A stretch of DNA of 64,000 bases from an uncultured Candidatus Saccharibacteria bacterium (GTDB lineage: Bacteria; Patescibacteriota; CPR2; UBA1875; CAIMLA01): positions 47,238 through 111,237 of the forward strand of contig CAZCRI010000004.1 in NCBI GenBank assembly GCA_964501135.1, given 5' to 3'. Under the pieces are notes generated by a model, which worked only from the letters and a program-made list of their open reading frames with translations, was not told the origin of the DNA and searched no databases. Every line of letters starts with the position of its first letter. Within the stretch, counting starts at the first letter, position 1. Positions 19,619 to 28,383 of this stretch are shown in pieces. Made by a program: the position numbers and the translations under genes.

Positions 19619-20791
19619 CTAATTACCGAGAATTACAATCCCCGGTAACTCCTTACCTTCCAAAAATTCCATACTGGCGCCACCAGCCATCGATACAAAA
19701 TTGAACTTATTTTTTGTTTCTTCAGAGAGCGCTGCTATCGTGTCGCCACCACCAATTGCCGTATAGGCAGCCGATCTGGCAATAGCGGCACCAACGGCCA
19801 CCGTTGCTTTCGCAAAGTTCGGAAACTCTGCAATCCCGAGTGAACCGTTCCAAAAAATAGTTTTTGCTCCAGCAATTTCCCGCTCAAAAGCGGCGACAGT
19901 TTCTGGACCAAGATCGACGATAATATCCAAATCCCCGACCTCGTCTATCGGCACGGTAAGACCGCGAGCATTTTCCGAAACGGCCTTCGTTATCACTACA
20001 TCGCGCGGCAAAACTAACTTTACCCCCTGTACTTTAGCAGCTTGAACAATCTCATTTGCCTGCCGTACGTATTCTTCTTCGTAAAGTGAACATCCAACCT
20101 CAACTCGTTGAGAGCAGAGAAAAGTATTCGCCATCCCCCCACCAATCAGAAGGGTATCTATCTTGCCGAGCATATTATTTAGAATTCCAAGTTTGTCAGA
20201 AACCTTGGCTCCTCCGGAAATAAAGACAAATGGCTTCTCCACTTCTCCTAGTAATCTAGAGAGGTTATCAACTTCGCGCTGCATGCAGAAACCAGCGCTT
20301 GCTGGCAAGTATTCTGCTACCCCTACCACAGAGGCATGTGCCCGATGAGAAGAAGAAAAGGCGTCGTTTACATACAAATCGCATCCGCGTGCCAGCTTCT
20401 GGGCAAACAAGGCATCATTTTGCTCTTCCTCTGGATAAAAGCGTACGTTCTCTAGCAATAAGACATCACCGCTTTTTGCCTCTGCAACGTCCTTATCTCG
20501 TTGTTCCCCGACACAGTCTGCGACAAATTGAACACTTTTTTTGATCAAAGATTCTAGCTCTTTGGCTACGGGCAAGAGAGTAAAATCCTGCTTATTTTCT
20601 TCGGTAGGACGCCCCAGATGACTCATCAGAACCACTGCAACATCGTGATCCAAAAGATAATTTATCGTCTCTAAGCTTGCTATTATTCTCTCGTTATCGG
20701 TAATCTTGCCTTCGGACATAGGGACGTTATAGTCCACACGCACCAGGACCTTCTTGCCCGCTATCTCTGATATGTCTTGGATTCTTTTCAC
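19619..20791 (-). CDS. pgk: Phosphoglycerate kinase
   Basis: 390 aa; full-length PGK similarity (RVDYNVP, SHLGRP, GGGDT). Confidence 0.95.
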   Translation of the reverse strand: MKRIQDISEIAGKKVLVRVDYNVPMSEGKITDNERIIASLETINYLLDHDVAVVLMSHLGRPTEENKQDFTLLPVAKELESLIKKSVQFVADCVGEQRDKDVAEAKSGDVLLLENVRFYPEEEQNDALFAQKLARGCDLYVNDAFSSSHRAHASVVGVAEYLPASAGFCMQREVDNLSRLLGEVEKPFVFISGGAKVSDKLGILNNMLGKIDTLLIGGGMANTFLCSQRVEVGCSLYEEEYVRQANEIVQAAKVQGVKLVLPRDVVITKAVSENARGLTVPIDEVGDLDIIVDLGPETVAAFEREIAGAKTIFWNGSLGIAEFPNFAKATVAVGAAIARSAAYTAIGGGDTIAALSEETKNKFNFVSMAGGASMEFLEGKELPGIVILGN

Positions 20792-20792
20792 T

Positions 20793-21788
20793 TTATTTCC
20801 CTATGTAGACAGCCATCTCTGCCAAGCGGCAAGAGTAGCCCCATTCGTTATCATACCAGCCAATAATTTTGAAGAAATTCTCGCCCACGCACTTGGTCAT
20901 CGCGGCATCATACCCGGCAGAGAATTCGCTCCCCTTGTAGTCCATGGAGACTACCGGGGCCGTAACATATTCTAGATAGCCCTTCATGCGTCCCTGAGAG
21001 GCCTCAAGCATCTTGGCATTGATCTCTTCTACCGTCGTAGCTTTTGTAAGTCGTACCGTAAGGTCCGTAACGGAAACCGTAGGCGTTGGTACGCGAAGCG
21101 CAATCCCGTCTAGCTTGCCTGCTACTTCTGGGATTACTTCCTTGAGCGCTTTGGCGGCACCAGTACTAGTAGGAATGATGTTCAACGCTGCGGCACGTGC
21201 ACGGCGCAAATCTTCATGAGGTAAATCCAGGATCTTCTGGTCGTTAGTATAAGAGTGCACAGTAGTCATCAGTCCGGCTTCAAGTCCGAAATTATCTACA
21301 AGCACCTTTACAATTGGCGCTAGCCCGTTTGTGGTACAAGACGCATTAGAAACAATGTGATGCTTGTCCTTGTCATAAGTCTCTTCATTGACCCCAAGCA
21401 CCAGCGTCGCATCGACATTCTTACCAGGAGCCGAAAGCAACACCTTCTTGGCACCGGCAACAAGATGCGCCTTGGCCTTTTCGCCGTCAGTAAAGAAACC
21501 AGTACACTCGAGCACTACATCGACTTCGAGATCCTTCCAAGGAAGGTTGACAGGATCTTTCTCTGAGCAGACCTTGATGTTCTTGCCATCTACACTAATG
21601 GAGCCGTCTTTGGCTTCAATTGCTGCCTTCCAAACACCATAGTTCGAATCATATTTGAGTAAATGAGCAAGCGTAGCCACATCCGATAGATCGTTTACGG
21701 CAACAATCTCTACTTCTGGATACTTTGTTGTTAAAATTTTGAATACCTGTCGTCCAATACGACCGAAACCATTTATCGCAACTTTCAT
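20793..21788 (-). CDS. gap: Glyceraldehyde-3-phosphate dehydrogenase
   Basis: 331 aa; INGFGRIGR NAD-binding motif, SNASCTTN active site. Confidence 0.95.
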   Translation of the reverse strand: MKVAINGFGRIGRQVFKILTTKYPEVEIVAVNDLSDVATLAHLLKYDSNYGVWKAAIEAKDGSISVDGKNIKVCSEKDPVNLPWKDLEVDVVLECTGFFTDGEKAKAHLVAGAKKVLLSAPGKNVDATLVLGVNEETYDKDKHHIVSNASCTTNGLAPIVKVLVDNFGLEAGLMTTVHSYTNDQKILDLPHEDLRRARAAALNIIPTSTGAAKALKEVIPEVAGKLDGIALRVPTPTVSVTDLTVRLTKATTVEEINAKMLEASQGRMKGYLEYVTAPVVSMDYKGSEFSAGYDAAMTKCVGENFFKIIGWYDNEWGYSCRLAEMAVYIGK

Positions 21789-21895
21789 TTTCGCTCCAAA
21801 CTGTCATTCCCGTGGTTCCGAGGAACACAAAGCCTCGCTGCCTCGGTCTAAATGACAAATTAATTAACTACGTTATATTCTACCGTGCTGAGCAC

Positions 21896-21923
21896 AAAAA
21901 AAGAAGCTTTATCGCTTCTTTTT
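21896..21923 (-). terminator. Rho-independent terminator (AGAAGC-loop-GCTTCT plus T-run; U7 on the minus-strand transcript), overlapping the stop codon of the PGPGW gene; probably bidirectional
   Basis: Read directly: aaaaaaagaagctttatcgcttcttttt. Confidence 0.55.
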
Positions 21924-22160
21924 GGCACTAATCTGATTAATTTTCTGTCTGGCAAATTCTCGAATATCCTCCATAAATACAAGGCGAATTCCAATAAGCT
22001 CAATGCCCACAAAAACCAGTATCCACCCTGGAAGAATAGGCAAGAATATCCCGGCAACTCCAACTGCCACCAGCGCAACTCCAAAGATTATTCGTAAAAA
22101 CTTCAATACTTCCTTGTACATGCCAGTATTGTAACATAAAAAGAGACCGACCATTTCCAC
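21909..22160 (-). CDS. Small membrane protein with PGPGW-like motif
   Basis: 83 aa; two TM helices, motif ILPGWILVF. Confidence 0.5.
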   Translation of the reverse strand: MEMVGLFLCYNTGMYKEVLKFLRIIFGVALVAVGVAGIFLPILPGWILVFVGIELIGIRLVFMEDIREFARQKINQISAKKKR

Positions 22161-22181
22161 AAATGATCAGTCTCTTTTTGG

Positions 22182-22253
22182 TAGTCCCAAGGGGAGTCGA
22201 ACCCCTGTTACCAGGATGAAAACCTGGCGTCCTAACCACTAGACGATGGGACC
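22182..22253 (-). tRNA. tRNA-Glu (anticodon UUC)
   Basis: Minus-strand read GGTCCCATCGTCTAGTGGTTAGGACGCCAGGTTTTCATCCTGGTAACAGGGGTTCGACTCCCCTTGGGACTA; anticodon stem CCAGG/CCTGG with loop TTTTCAT; T-arm GGGGTTCGACTCCCC. Confidence 0.85.
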
Positions 22254-22360
22254 TAGGCGCAGTCACCCCCTACACAACAAATCCTTTAGGTAAGAAGTTA
22301 ATTCAGCTCGGATATTATAGCAAATATTACGTTTTTTTTCAATGTTATTACATCAAGGAC

Positions 22361-24820
22361 CTACCTGTGAAATACGGAGAGCTTCGCCGTTTCTCCCAGT
22401 GCAAGTACTGCCAAAGAAATAATAGTAATTCCTATAGTGTAACTAGTAGGTAGACTTACAAACCTAAAGATCCCCATCAGGAAGGGTGTCGACGTTGCGA
22501 AAGCAAGCATTAGAAATGTAAATAATAGAACAGCAATAAGTGCTCTGTTGTCATTTTTTCGTAACTTACCGATAAACGACTCTCTTTTCGAGAGGCCAAC
22601 TAATATCAGTACGACATTTATAGCAACAAGTAAAGTGAAGGTAAAAGTACGAGCGAGCTCTTCGTCGGTATTCTGCAGCAGTATACCATAAGAGCTAACT
22701 AGTATAATTGCGCTTACGAGGCCCCGTCCTATCGGGCCTAGTAGATTCCTAAAAGAGACAATCCTGTCGTGAATTCCTCTTGGCTTCCTAGACATTATAT
22801 CCTTATCTTCTGTGTCCGATTCAAAAACGATAGTACAGGTAGGATCGATGATAAATTCCAAAAACACTATATGAGCCGGAAACAGCACCATGGGCCAACC
22901 CAATAACACTGGGAAAATTGACAGTGCCACTATCGGTATATGCACCGCTATCAGATAACCGACGGCTTTCTGCAAGTTATCATAGATACGTCTTCCCAGC
23001 TTCACACCACCGACAATAGAGTTGAAGTTGTCATCTAAAAGCACGATGCTAGCAGCCTCTCTTGCCACATCCGTGCCCCTTTGACCCATGGCAATACCGA
23101 TGTGGGCTGCTTTGAGAGCCGGGGCATCATTGACGCCGTCACCTGTCATTGCCACCACTTCACCCATAGCTTTCAGCGCCTGGACAATCATGAGCTTTTG
23201 CTCTGGTACGACTCGGCTAAAGACACTTATCTTCGATAAAACACTTTCCCTCTCCGCCGCTGTCATCTTTTCGAATTCATGACCTGTCAGCACCCCGTCG
23301 GTTACAAGACCCACTTGTTTCGCGATCGAGAGTGCGGTGTCGTGGTAATCGCCAGTAATCATAATCACGCGAACGCCGGCTTTGTTTGCCAAAGCGACCG
23401 ATTCCTTCACCCCATTACGAATGGGATCAGCCAGTGCAACGAGGCCAAGGAAGACATAATCTATCTCTGCCCTGTCTTCTGGCAAACTTTCCTTCCTGCA
23501 GCTACCCTTTGCTACAGCAAGAACCCTATAGCCATCCTTGGCCATTTCCGACACCTTTAGGAGTATCCCCTTCTTCTCTTTTGAACTTACGTGGCATAAA
23601 TCGAGCACTGCTTCAACCGAGCCTTTGAGCGCGACCTCGTAGCCAGACCGATATTTATAACCATGAGCGACGCAAAGTGATGTTGAAAGCACTGGATACT
23701 CCTTTTCCAGCTTGTATTCGGAGTAGAGGGCTGCAGTATCCAGGTGTCTCTCGCCCTCTTTCACAAAAGCCAATTCCATCGGGTCAAAAGGCTTTTTCTG
23801 CGAGGCTAGCAAGCCGTACTTTATAACGTCAGCATCGTCGGCAAAGTCATTGAGTAGGATTTCTCCACTAGCGGTATATATTTTCTCTATCGTCATCTTA
23901 TTCTCGGTGAGAGTCCCCGTTTTGTCTACGCAAAGGACGGTTGTAGCCCCCAGTGTCTCGATAGAAGCAGCCCGACGCGACAAGACATTATGTTTGGCAA
24001 GTCTCCAGGCCCCCATCGTAATAAATAACAATAAAACTATCGGGAACTCTTCGGGAAGAATGCTTATCGCTAAGGTAAGGCCAGACAACACGCCCTGAAC
24101 CAAATTGCCCCGAAGAAAGAAGTATAGTACAGCCAAAATTATGGACATTGAGATAGCTATCACAGCAAGGTATCGCACTAACGTGGTGATTTCTTTTTGC
24201 AACATGGTCTTCTCTATTTCTATAGACTGGAGAGATGTCCCAATCTTTCCTATCTCCGTTGCTAGACCAATAGACTGCACGATAGCCCTACCGTGACCGC
24301 TAACCACCATCGATCCAGAAAAAACCTGTTTGTGCTGCTTGGCGTCTTTATCTACTGGGACCGACTCCCCGGTAAGCAAGGATTCGTCAACTTTCAGATT
24401 AGTAGCATCTATTAGCTCGGCGTCGGCAGGGACTCTATCGCCTTCGACTAGCAGTACCAGATCCCCTACAACCACTTCCCTGCCTGCGACACGTATTTCC
24501 TCGCCACTTCTAATTACCAAAGCTCTGGGGCTAGAAAGTTGGGTCAACGCCTGCAGCGACTTTTCACTTTTTCTTTCTTGATACAAGGAGATACCTACTA
24601 CTCCAAAGATAGAAAGTAAGAGTAATACCGCTTCGGCGATGTCACCCAGAAAGATATAGATTCCGCCCGCAGCCAACAGTAACGATATCATCGGCTCTTT
24701 TAGTATCTCTACCAGGAAATGAAAAAGGCTCTTCTCTCTGGCGGTAGGAAGTTCGTTATAACCATTTATATTTAGGCGTTTTGCGGCCTCTGCTGTAGTA
24801 AGACCTAATTGTGCAATCAA
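22361..24820 (-). CDS. Cation-transporting P-type ATPase (type IIA, Ca2+/Mg2+-like)
   Basis: 819 aa; CVDKTGTLTENKM phosphorylation site, TGES, MTGDGVNDAPALKAA, 10 TM segments. Confidence 0.9.
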   Translation of the reverse strand: MIAQLGLTTAEAAKRLNINGYNELPTAREKSLFHFLVEILKEPMISLLLAAGGIYIFLGDIAEAVLLLLSIFGVVGISLYQERKSEKSLQALTQLSSPRALVIRSGEEIRVAGREVVVGDLVLLVEGDRVPADAELIDATNLKVDESLLTGESVPVDKDAKQHKQVFSGSMVVSGHGRAIVQSIGLATEIGKIGTSLQSIEIEKTMLQKEITTLVRYLAVIAISMSIILAVLYFFLRGNLVQGVLSGLTLAISILPEEFPIVLLLFITMGAWRLAKHNVLSRRAASIETLGATTVLCVDKTGTLTENKMTIEKIYTASGEILLNDFADDADVIKYGLLASQKKPFDPMELAFVKEGERHLDTAALYSEYKLEKEYPVLSTSLCVAHGYKYRSGYEVALKGSVEAVLDLCHVSSKEKKGILLKVSEMAKDGYRVLAVAKGSCRKESLPEDRAEIDYVFLGLVALADPIRNGVKESVALANKAGVRVIMITGDYHDTALSIAKQVGLVTDGVLTGHEFEKMTAAERESVLSKISVFSRVVPEQKLMIVQALKAMGEVVAMTGDGVNDAPALKAAHIGIAMGQRGTDVAREAASIVLLDDNFNSIVGGVKLGRRIYDNLQKAVGYLIAVHIPIVALSIFPVLLGWPMVLFPAHIVFLEFIIDPTCTIVFESDTEDKDIMSRKPRGIHDRIVSFRNLLGPIGRGLVSAIILVSSYGILLQNTDEELARTFTFTLLVAINVVLILVGLSKRESFIGKLRKNDNRALIAVLLFTFLMLAFATSTPFLMGIFRFVSLPTSYTIGITIISLAVLALGETAKLSVFHR

Positions 24821-24825
24821 ATCGA

Positions 24826-27075
24826 CTATTCTTTCGTGTTTGTCATCTCTGCGCCATTACTTCTCTCGGCAATCTCTGTTGCTGTCGGCATAGAGGCCAC
24901 CGTGCCTTCTGGTCGTGGTGCAGGAGCGCTTGCAAGTTTCGGTGAAGCCTTCTTCTTTAGTGGGAATTTGAAGCCAAACACCGATCCCTTGCCCTCTGTA
25001 GAGTCAAAGATGATCTCACCACCATGGTCGAGTACAACGCGTTTGGCAAGATAAATTCCGAGACCTGTACCATCTGGGCGTGCAGTGCGGGCATTATCGG
25101 CACGGAAGAACTTCTCAAAGAGATGATCTCGTTGTGCCTTCGGTACCCCGATACCTGTGTCGTGTACTTCGTAGATAAAGTTATCCTTGTCGTGCTTCAG
25201 AATTACAGTCACACCACCAGTATTTGTGTAATAGATAGCGTTGTCCATAAAGTTCATCACAACCTGGCGAATCTTGGTCTCGTCGGCATAAATGTGTGGC
25301 ACCTTGCCCTTTACCTCAAGTTTCAGGTACAGACCCTTGGCCTTGGCGCTGTTACTAAGCTGTTTCACTTCCTCATTCACGACACGTTCAATGTCTACCT
25401 CTTTAGGCTCTAGGAAGAAACGACCGGTATCCATACGAGAAACGTTCAGGAGGTCGTTGATCAGCCCTACCATACGGTTTGCGCCACTGTAGGCTTCGTT
25501 GATGAAGTCGTACTGACTTACCTTGATATCTCCGGCATCTCCCTCGAGAAGCATCGACAGATAGCCCTTGATGGCCGTCAGAGGGGTACGGAGCTGATGA
25601 GATGCCATGGAGATAAACTCGTCCTTGGCATGATCTAGCTCCATGAGCTGCTCATTCTTCTGTTTCAATCTGTAGGTAGCACGTTTTACTTCCTGACGCA
25701 GGGTGGTGTTGAAGCGACTAATCTCCTCGTAAGATTTCGCATTCTCTACGGCAATTGCCAGCTCTGGAGCCAAGATTTCTAGAACACTGATGTCCTGCTG
25801 GCTGTACATGTCTCCTGAGCTTTTTTCACCAAGCAGCAAAACACCAACAATTTCTTTCTCTGTCTTCAATGGGACAACCAAAGTTGCTTCATACTCAGAA
25901 AGTAGATGCTTCATACGAGAGCCGTCCTCTAAGTCATCAAAGTGAATTATTCCGTCATGTGTCATCTTAATAACATCTTTGGGGTCTACATCTGGAGTCT
26001 GTTTATACCCAATTGCCTGTGCTGTATATAATCGGCTATCGTCTTTAACTAATGCAAAAAGAACCCTACTCGCTTTGATATTTTTTGACAGCAAGTCTCC
26101 AACTTTATAGAGAAGCTCTATAAGCACTATGGTTGAACCAAGGGTATTAGATAATTCACTTAGCAGATCATCCGCATTATAGGCGTTTCGAAAAAATACC
26201 TTGTCTGTTACTTTGGTAATCCAGGTCTTAAGGGGTTGGAAAAGGAATACCATAACGACAGCTATGACTGTTCTGAGCGCGCCTTCACCCCAACCAAAAT
26301 TTGCCAGCTGTTCAGGAAAGAATAGCTTCTCAAGGCCCAAAACAGAACCAGCGTAAAAGGCCGCCAATGATAATAGTAGTAATAAGTAGGATACCGACCT
26401 AGCTACAACCAATCTAATATCCATCAGCTTATGCTTGGCAATTGCATACGAGGAAGCCGCTACTAAAAATAGCGAACTCTGGGCATCTATAGGCGCAACC
26501 ATCTTTATTCCAAACATTGGCAAAATAGAACTAAACATTACAGAAACCCCACCAAAGATAAATGAACCAATCAATATATAGCCATATTGCCTTTTTAGAC
26601 TACCTTTCGACTTCACGAATGTGTAGACAACGATTCCTATATAATAAGCAAACAAGATATTTATAAGATAACCGTAATAGTCAAATAGAGGCCCGGGGAC
26701 AAATGTGAACGCCCCGTTACTGGTTACTGACAAAGACTTAATTACGAGGCTCCCCATCAACGGAATTAATAAAGTAAATAAGTAAACCAACGTAAAGATT
26801 ATTACATTAAGTTTGGTAGCCTTGTTTCTCAAAAAGTTAAACCAAATAATAATGGCTACTATTGTTGAAGCGCCCAAGGCATATTGTGATTCAAACAAAA
26901 ACATCTTCGGAAAGAAGTAAAAAACGAAATTGGACAAACACCATAAGCCTGTATTTAAGCTGAAAAGTCCAAATGAAATGTACAAGGCCTTCTTAGGATT
27001 TCTTAGGAAAACCAGGAGACCTAGGATTATATTTGCTAATGCTGCAAAGAGAGTAAGATAATTTAAATAGTCCAT
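24826..27075 (-). CDS. Sensor histidine kinase (multi-TM N-terminal sensor, GAF-like, HisKA, HATPase_c)
   Basis: 749 aa; about 10 TM helices N-terminally; H-box SHQLRTPLTAIKGY; G-boxes GTGLGIYLAK. Confidence 0.85.
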   Translation of the reverse strand: MDYLNYLTLFAALANIILGLLVFLRNPKKALYISFGLFSLNTGLWCLSNFVFYFFPKMFLFESQYALGASTIVAIIIWFNFLRNKATKLNVIIFTLVYLFTLLIPLMGSLVIKSLSVTSNGAFTFVPGPLFDYYGYLINILFAYYIGIVVYTFVKSKGSLKRQYGYILIGSFIFGGVSVMFSSILPMFGIKMVAPIDAQSSLFLVAASSYAIAKHKLMDIRLVVARSVSYLLLLLSLAAFYAGSVLGLEKLFFPEQLANFGWGEGALRTVIAVVMVFLFQPLKTWITKVTDKVFFRNAYNADDLLSELSNTLGSTIVLIELLYKVGDLLSKNIKASRVLFALVKDDSRLYTAQAIGYKQTPDVDPKDVIKMTHDGIIHFDDLEDGSRMKHLLSEYEATLVVPLKTEKEIVGVLLLGEKSSGDMYSQQDISVLEILAPELAIAVENAKSYEEISRFNTTLRQEVKRATYRLKQKNEQLMELDHAKDEFISMASHQLRTPLTAIKGYLSMLLEGDAGDIKVSQYDFINEAYSGANRMVGLINDLLNVSRMDTGRFFLEPKEVDIERVVNEEVKQLSNSAKAKGLYLKLEVKGKVPHIYADETKIRQVVMNFMDNAIYYTNTGGVTVILKHDKDNFIYEVHDTGIGVPKAQRDHLFEKFFRADNARTARPDGTGLGIYLAKRVVLDHGGEIIFDSTEGKGSVFGFKFPLKKKASPKLASAPAPRPEGTVASMPTATEIAERSNGAEMTNTKE

Positions 27076-27076
27076 T

Positions 27077-28342
27077 TTAGATTAAACCAAACTCCTTTCC
27101 TGCTTTTTCAAAAGCAGCAGCCGCTGCGTCTAAGTCCTTCTTTTCATGTGTTGCCATAATCGTAACTCTAGCCCTAGCTGAATTTTTTGGAACAGCCGGC
27201 CATCGGAAACAGGGAATGTAAACTCCAAGCTCAAGTAATCTATCAGAAAACTTTACTGAGAGATCTTCATCTCCAATCACAACTGGCAAAACAGAGATTG
27301 TTCCGTCACCAAGTACCGTATAACCCATGGCCGTAAGTTTGTCTTTTAAATAGACCGAGTTGTCCATCAATTTCTTTCTCAGTTTTTTGCCCTCAGCATT
27401 TTGGCAAATCTTCAAAGACTCAATAGCGCCACCGGCTAAGACACCCGGGACAGCACTGGAAAAAATATATGGCCTTGAAGCAACTTTTAGATAATCTATC
27501 AGTTCCTTCTTCCCTGCTAGATAACCACCCATACAACCGATGGTTTTATCAAATGAACCCATTAAAATATCAACCTTGTCCGTAATTCCTAGATATTGTG
27601 GAACACCCCCTCCATCATTGCCCATTACTCCAACACCATGAGCATCATCAACCATAAAGATACAATTATACTTTTCGGCTAAAGCTGCGATTTCCTTTAG
27701 CTTTCCAAGGTGTCCGTCAAGACTAAAAACCCCCTCAGTGACAATTAATTTATGTTTATTTTTTGAGTACTTTTTTAACTTATTTTCTAAATCAACAATG
27801 TCATTGTGCTTAAAAACAACTTTCTTTGACGAACTGAGCCTGCAGCCATCAATTATTGTGGCATGATTGTATTCGTCACTGAAAATCACCCCGCTACCCT
27901 TAGCGTAAGGTACCCCGTTCATAAAAAATGGGTCCATAACCGCACTGAAAACCGCCAGGTTGGCCATATAACCCGTAGGGAAAGTAATAGCTGCTTCCTT
28001 GCCCACTGTCTTTGCAACAACTTCGTCAAGCTCCTCGAGAACCTTAATATTTCCGCACAAGAATCTCGAACCTCCTGGTCCGCCACCATGTATATCTAGC
28101 TGTTTTCTGGCTCCCTCAACAACCTTCCTGTTGGTTGCCAATCCCATATAATTATTTGAGCTAAACATTAGGACCTCTTTGCCATCAATAACTACCCTGG
28201 CATCAGTACCATTGTTTTCAAATTTTTGGAACTTAGGATATATATCTTCTTTTTTTAGAAAATTTAGAAGCTTCTCAATATTTGCAAATTTATAATCTTC
28301 TCTCGAAATTGCAAGCTTAATCAGGTCTGCGGCTTTTATCAT
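27077..28342 (-). CDS. PLP-dependent alpha-oxoamine synthase (Kbl/BioF/serine palmitoyltransferase family)
   Basis: 421 aa; class II aminotransferase fold; PLP-lysine region SFDKTIGCMGGYLAG; DDAHGVG motif. Confidence 0.8.
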   Translation of the reverse strand: MIKAADLIKLAISREDYKFANIEKLLNFLKKEDIYPKFQKFENNGTDARVVIDGKEVLMFSSNNYMGLATNRKVVEGARKQLDIHGGGPGGSRFLCGNIKVLEELDEVVAKTVGKEAAITFPTGYMANLAVFSAVMDPFFMNGVPYAKGSGVIFSDEYNHATIIDGCRLSSSKKVVFKHNDIVDLENKLKKYSKNKHKLIVTEGVFSLDGHLGKLKEIAALAEKYNCIFMVDDAHGVGVMGNDGGGVPQYLGITDKVDILMGSFDKTIGCMGGYLAGKKELIDYLKVASRPYIFSSAVPGVLAGGAIESLKICQNAEGKKLRKKLMDNSVYLKDKLTAMGYTVLGDGTISVLPVVIGDEDLSVKFSDRLLELGVYIPCFRWPAVPKNSARARVTIMATHEKKDLDAAAAAFEKAGKEFGLI

Positions 28343-28383
28343 AATCCCTCCTTCTCTAATATAATTCTACACTATCTTCTTGC

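Noticed and set aside
21885-22266. Overlapping small ORFs 21860..22084, 21885..22097 and 22000..22266 around the PGPGW gene and tRNA-Glu
   Set aside because: They are mutually overlapping alternative frames. Only the 83-aa two-TM protein has a coherent hydrophobic profile and a terminator. 22000..22266 runs through the tRNA-Glu gene.
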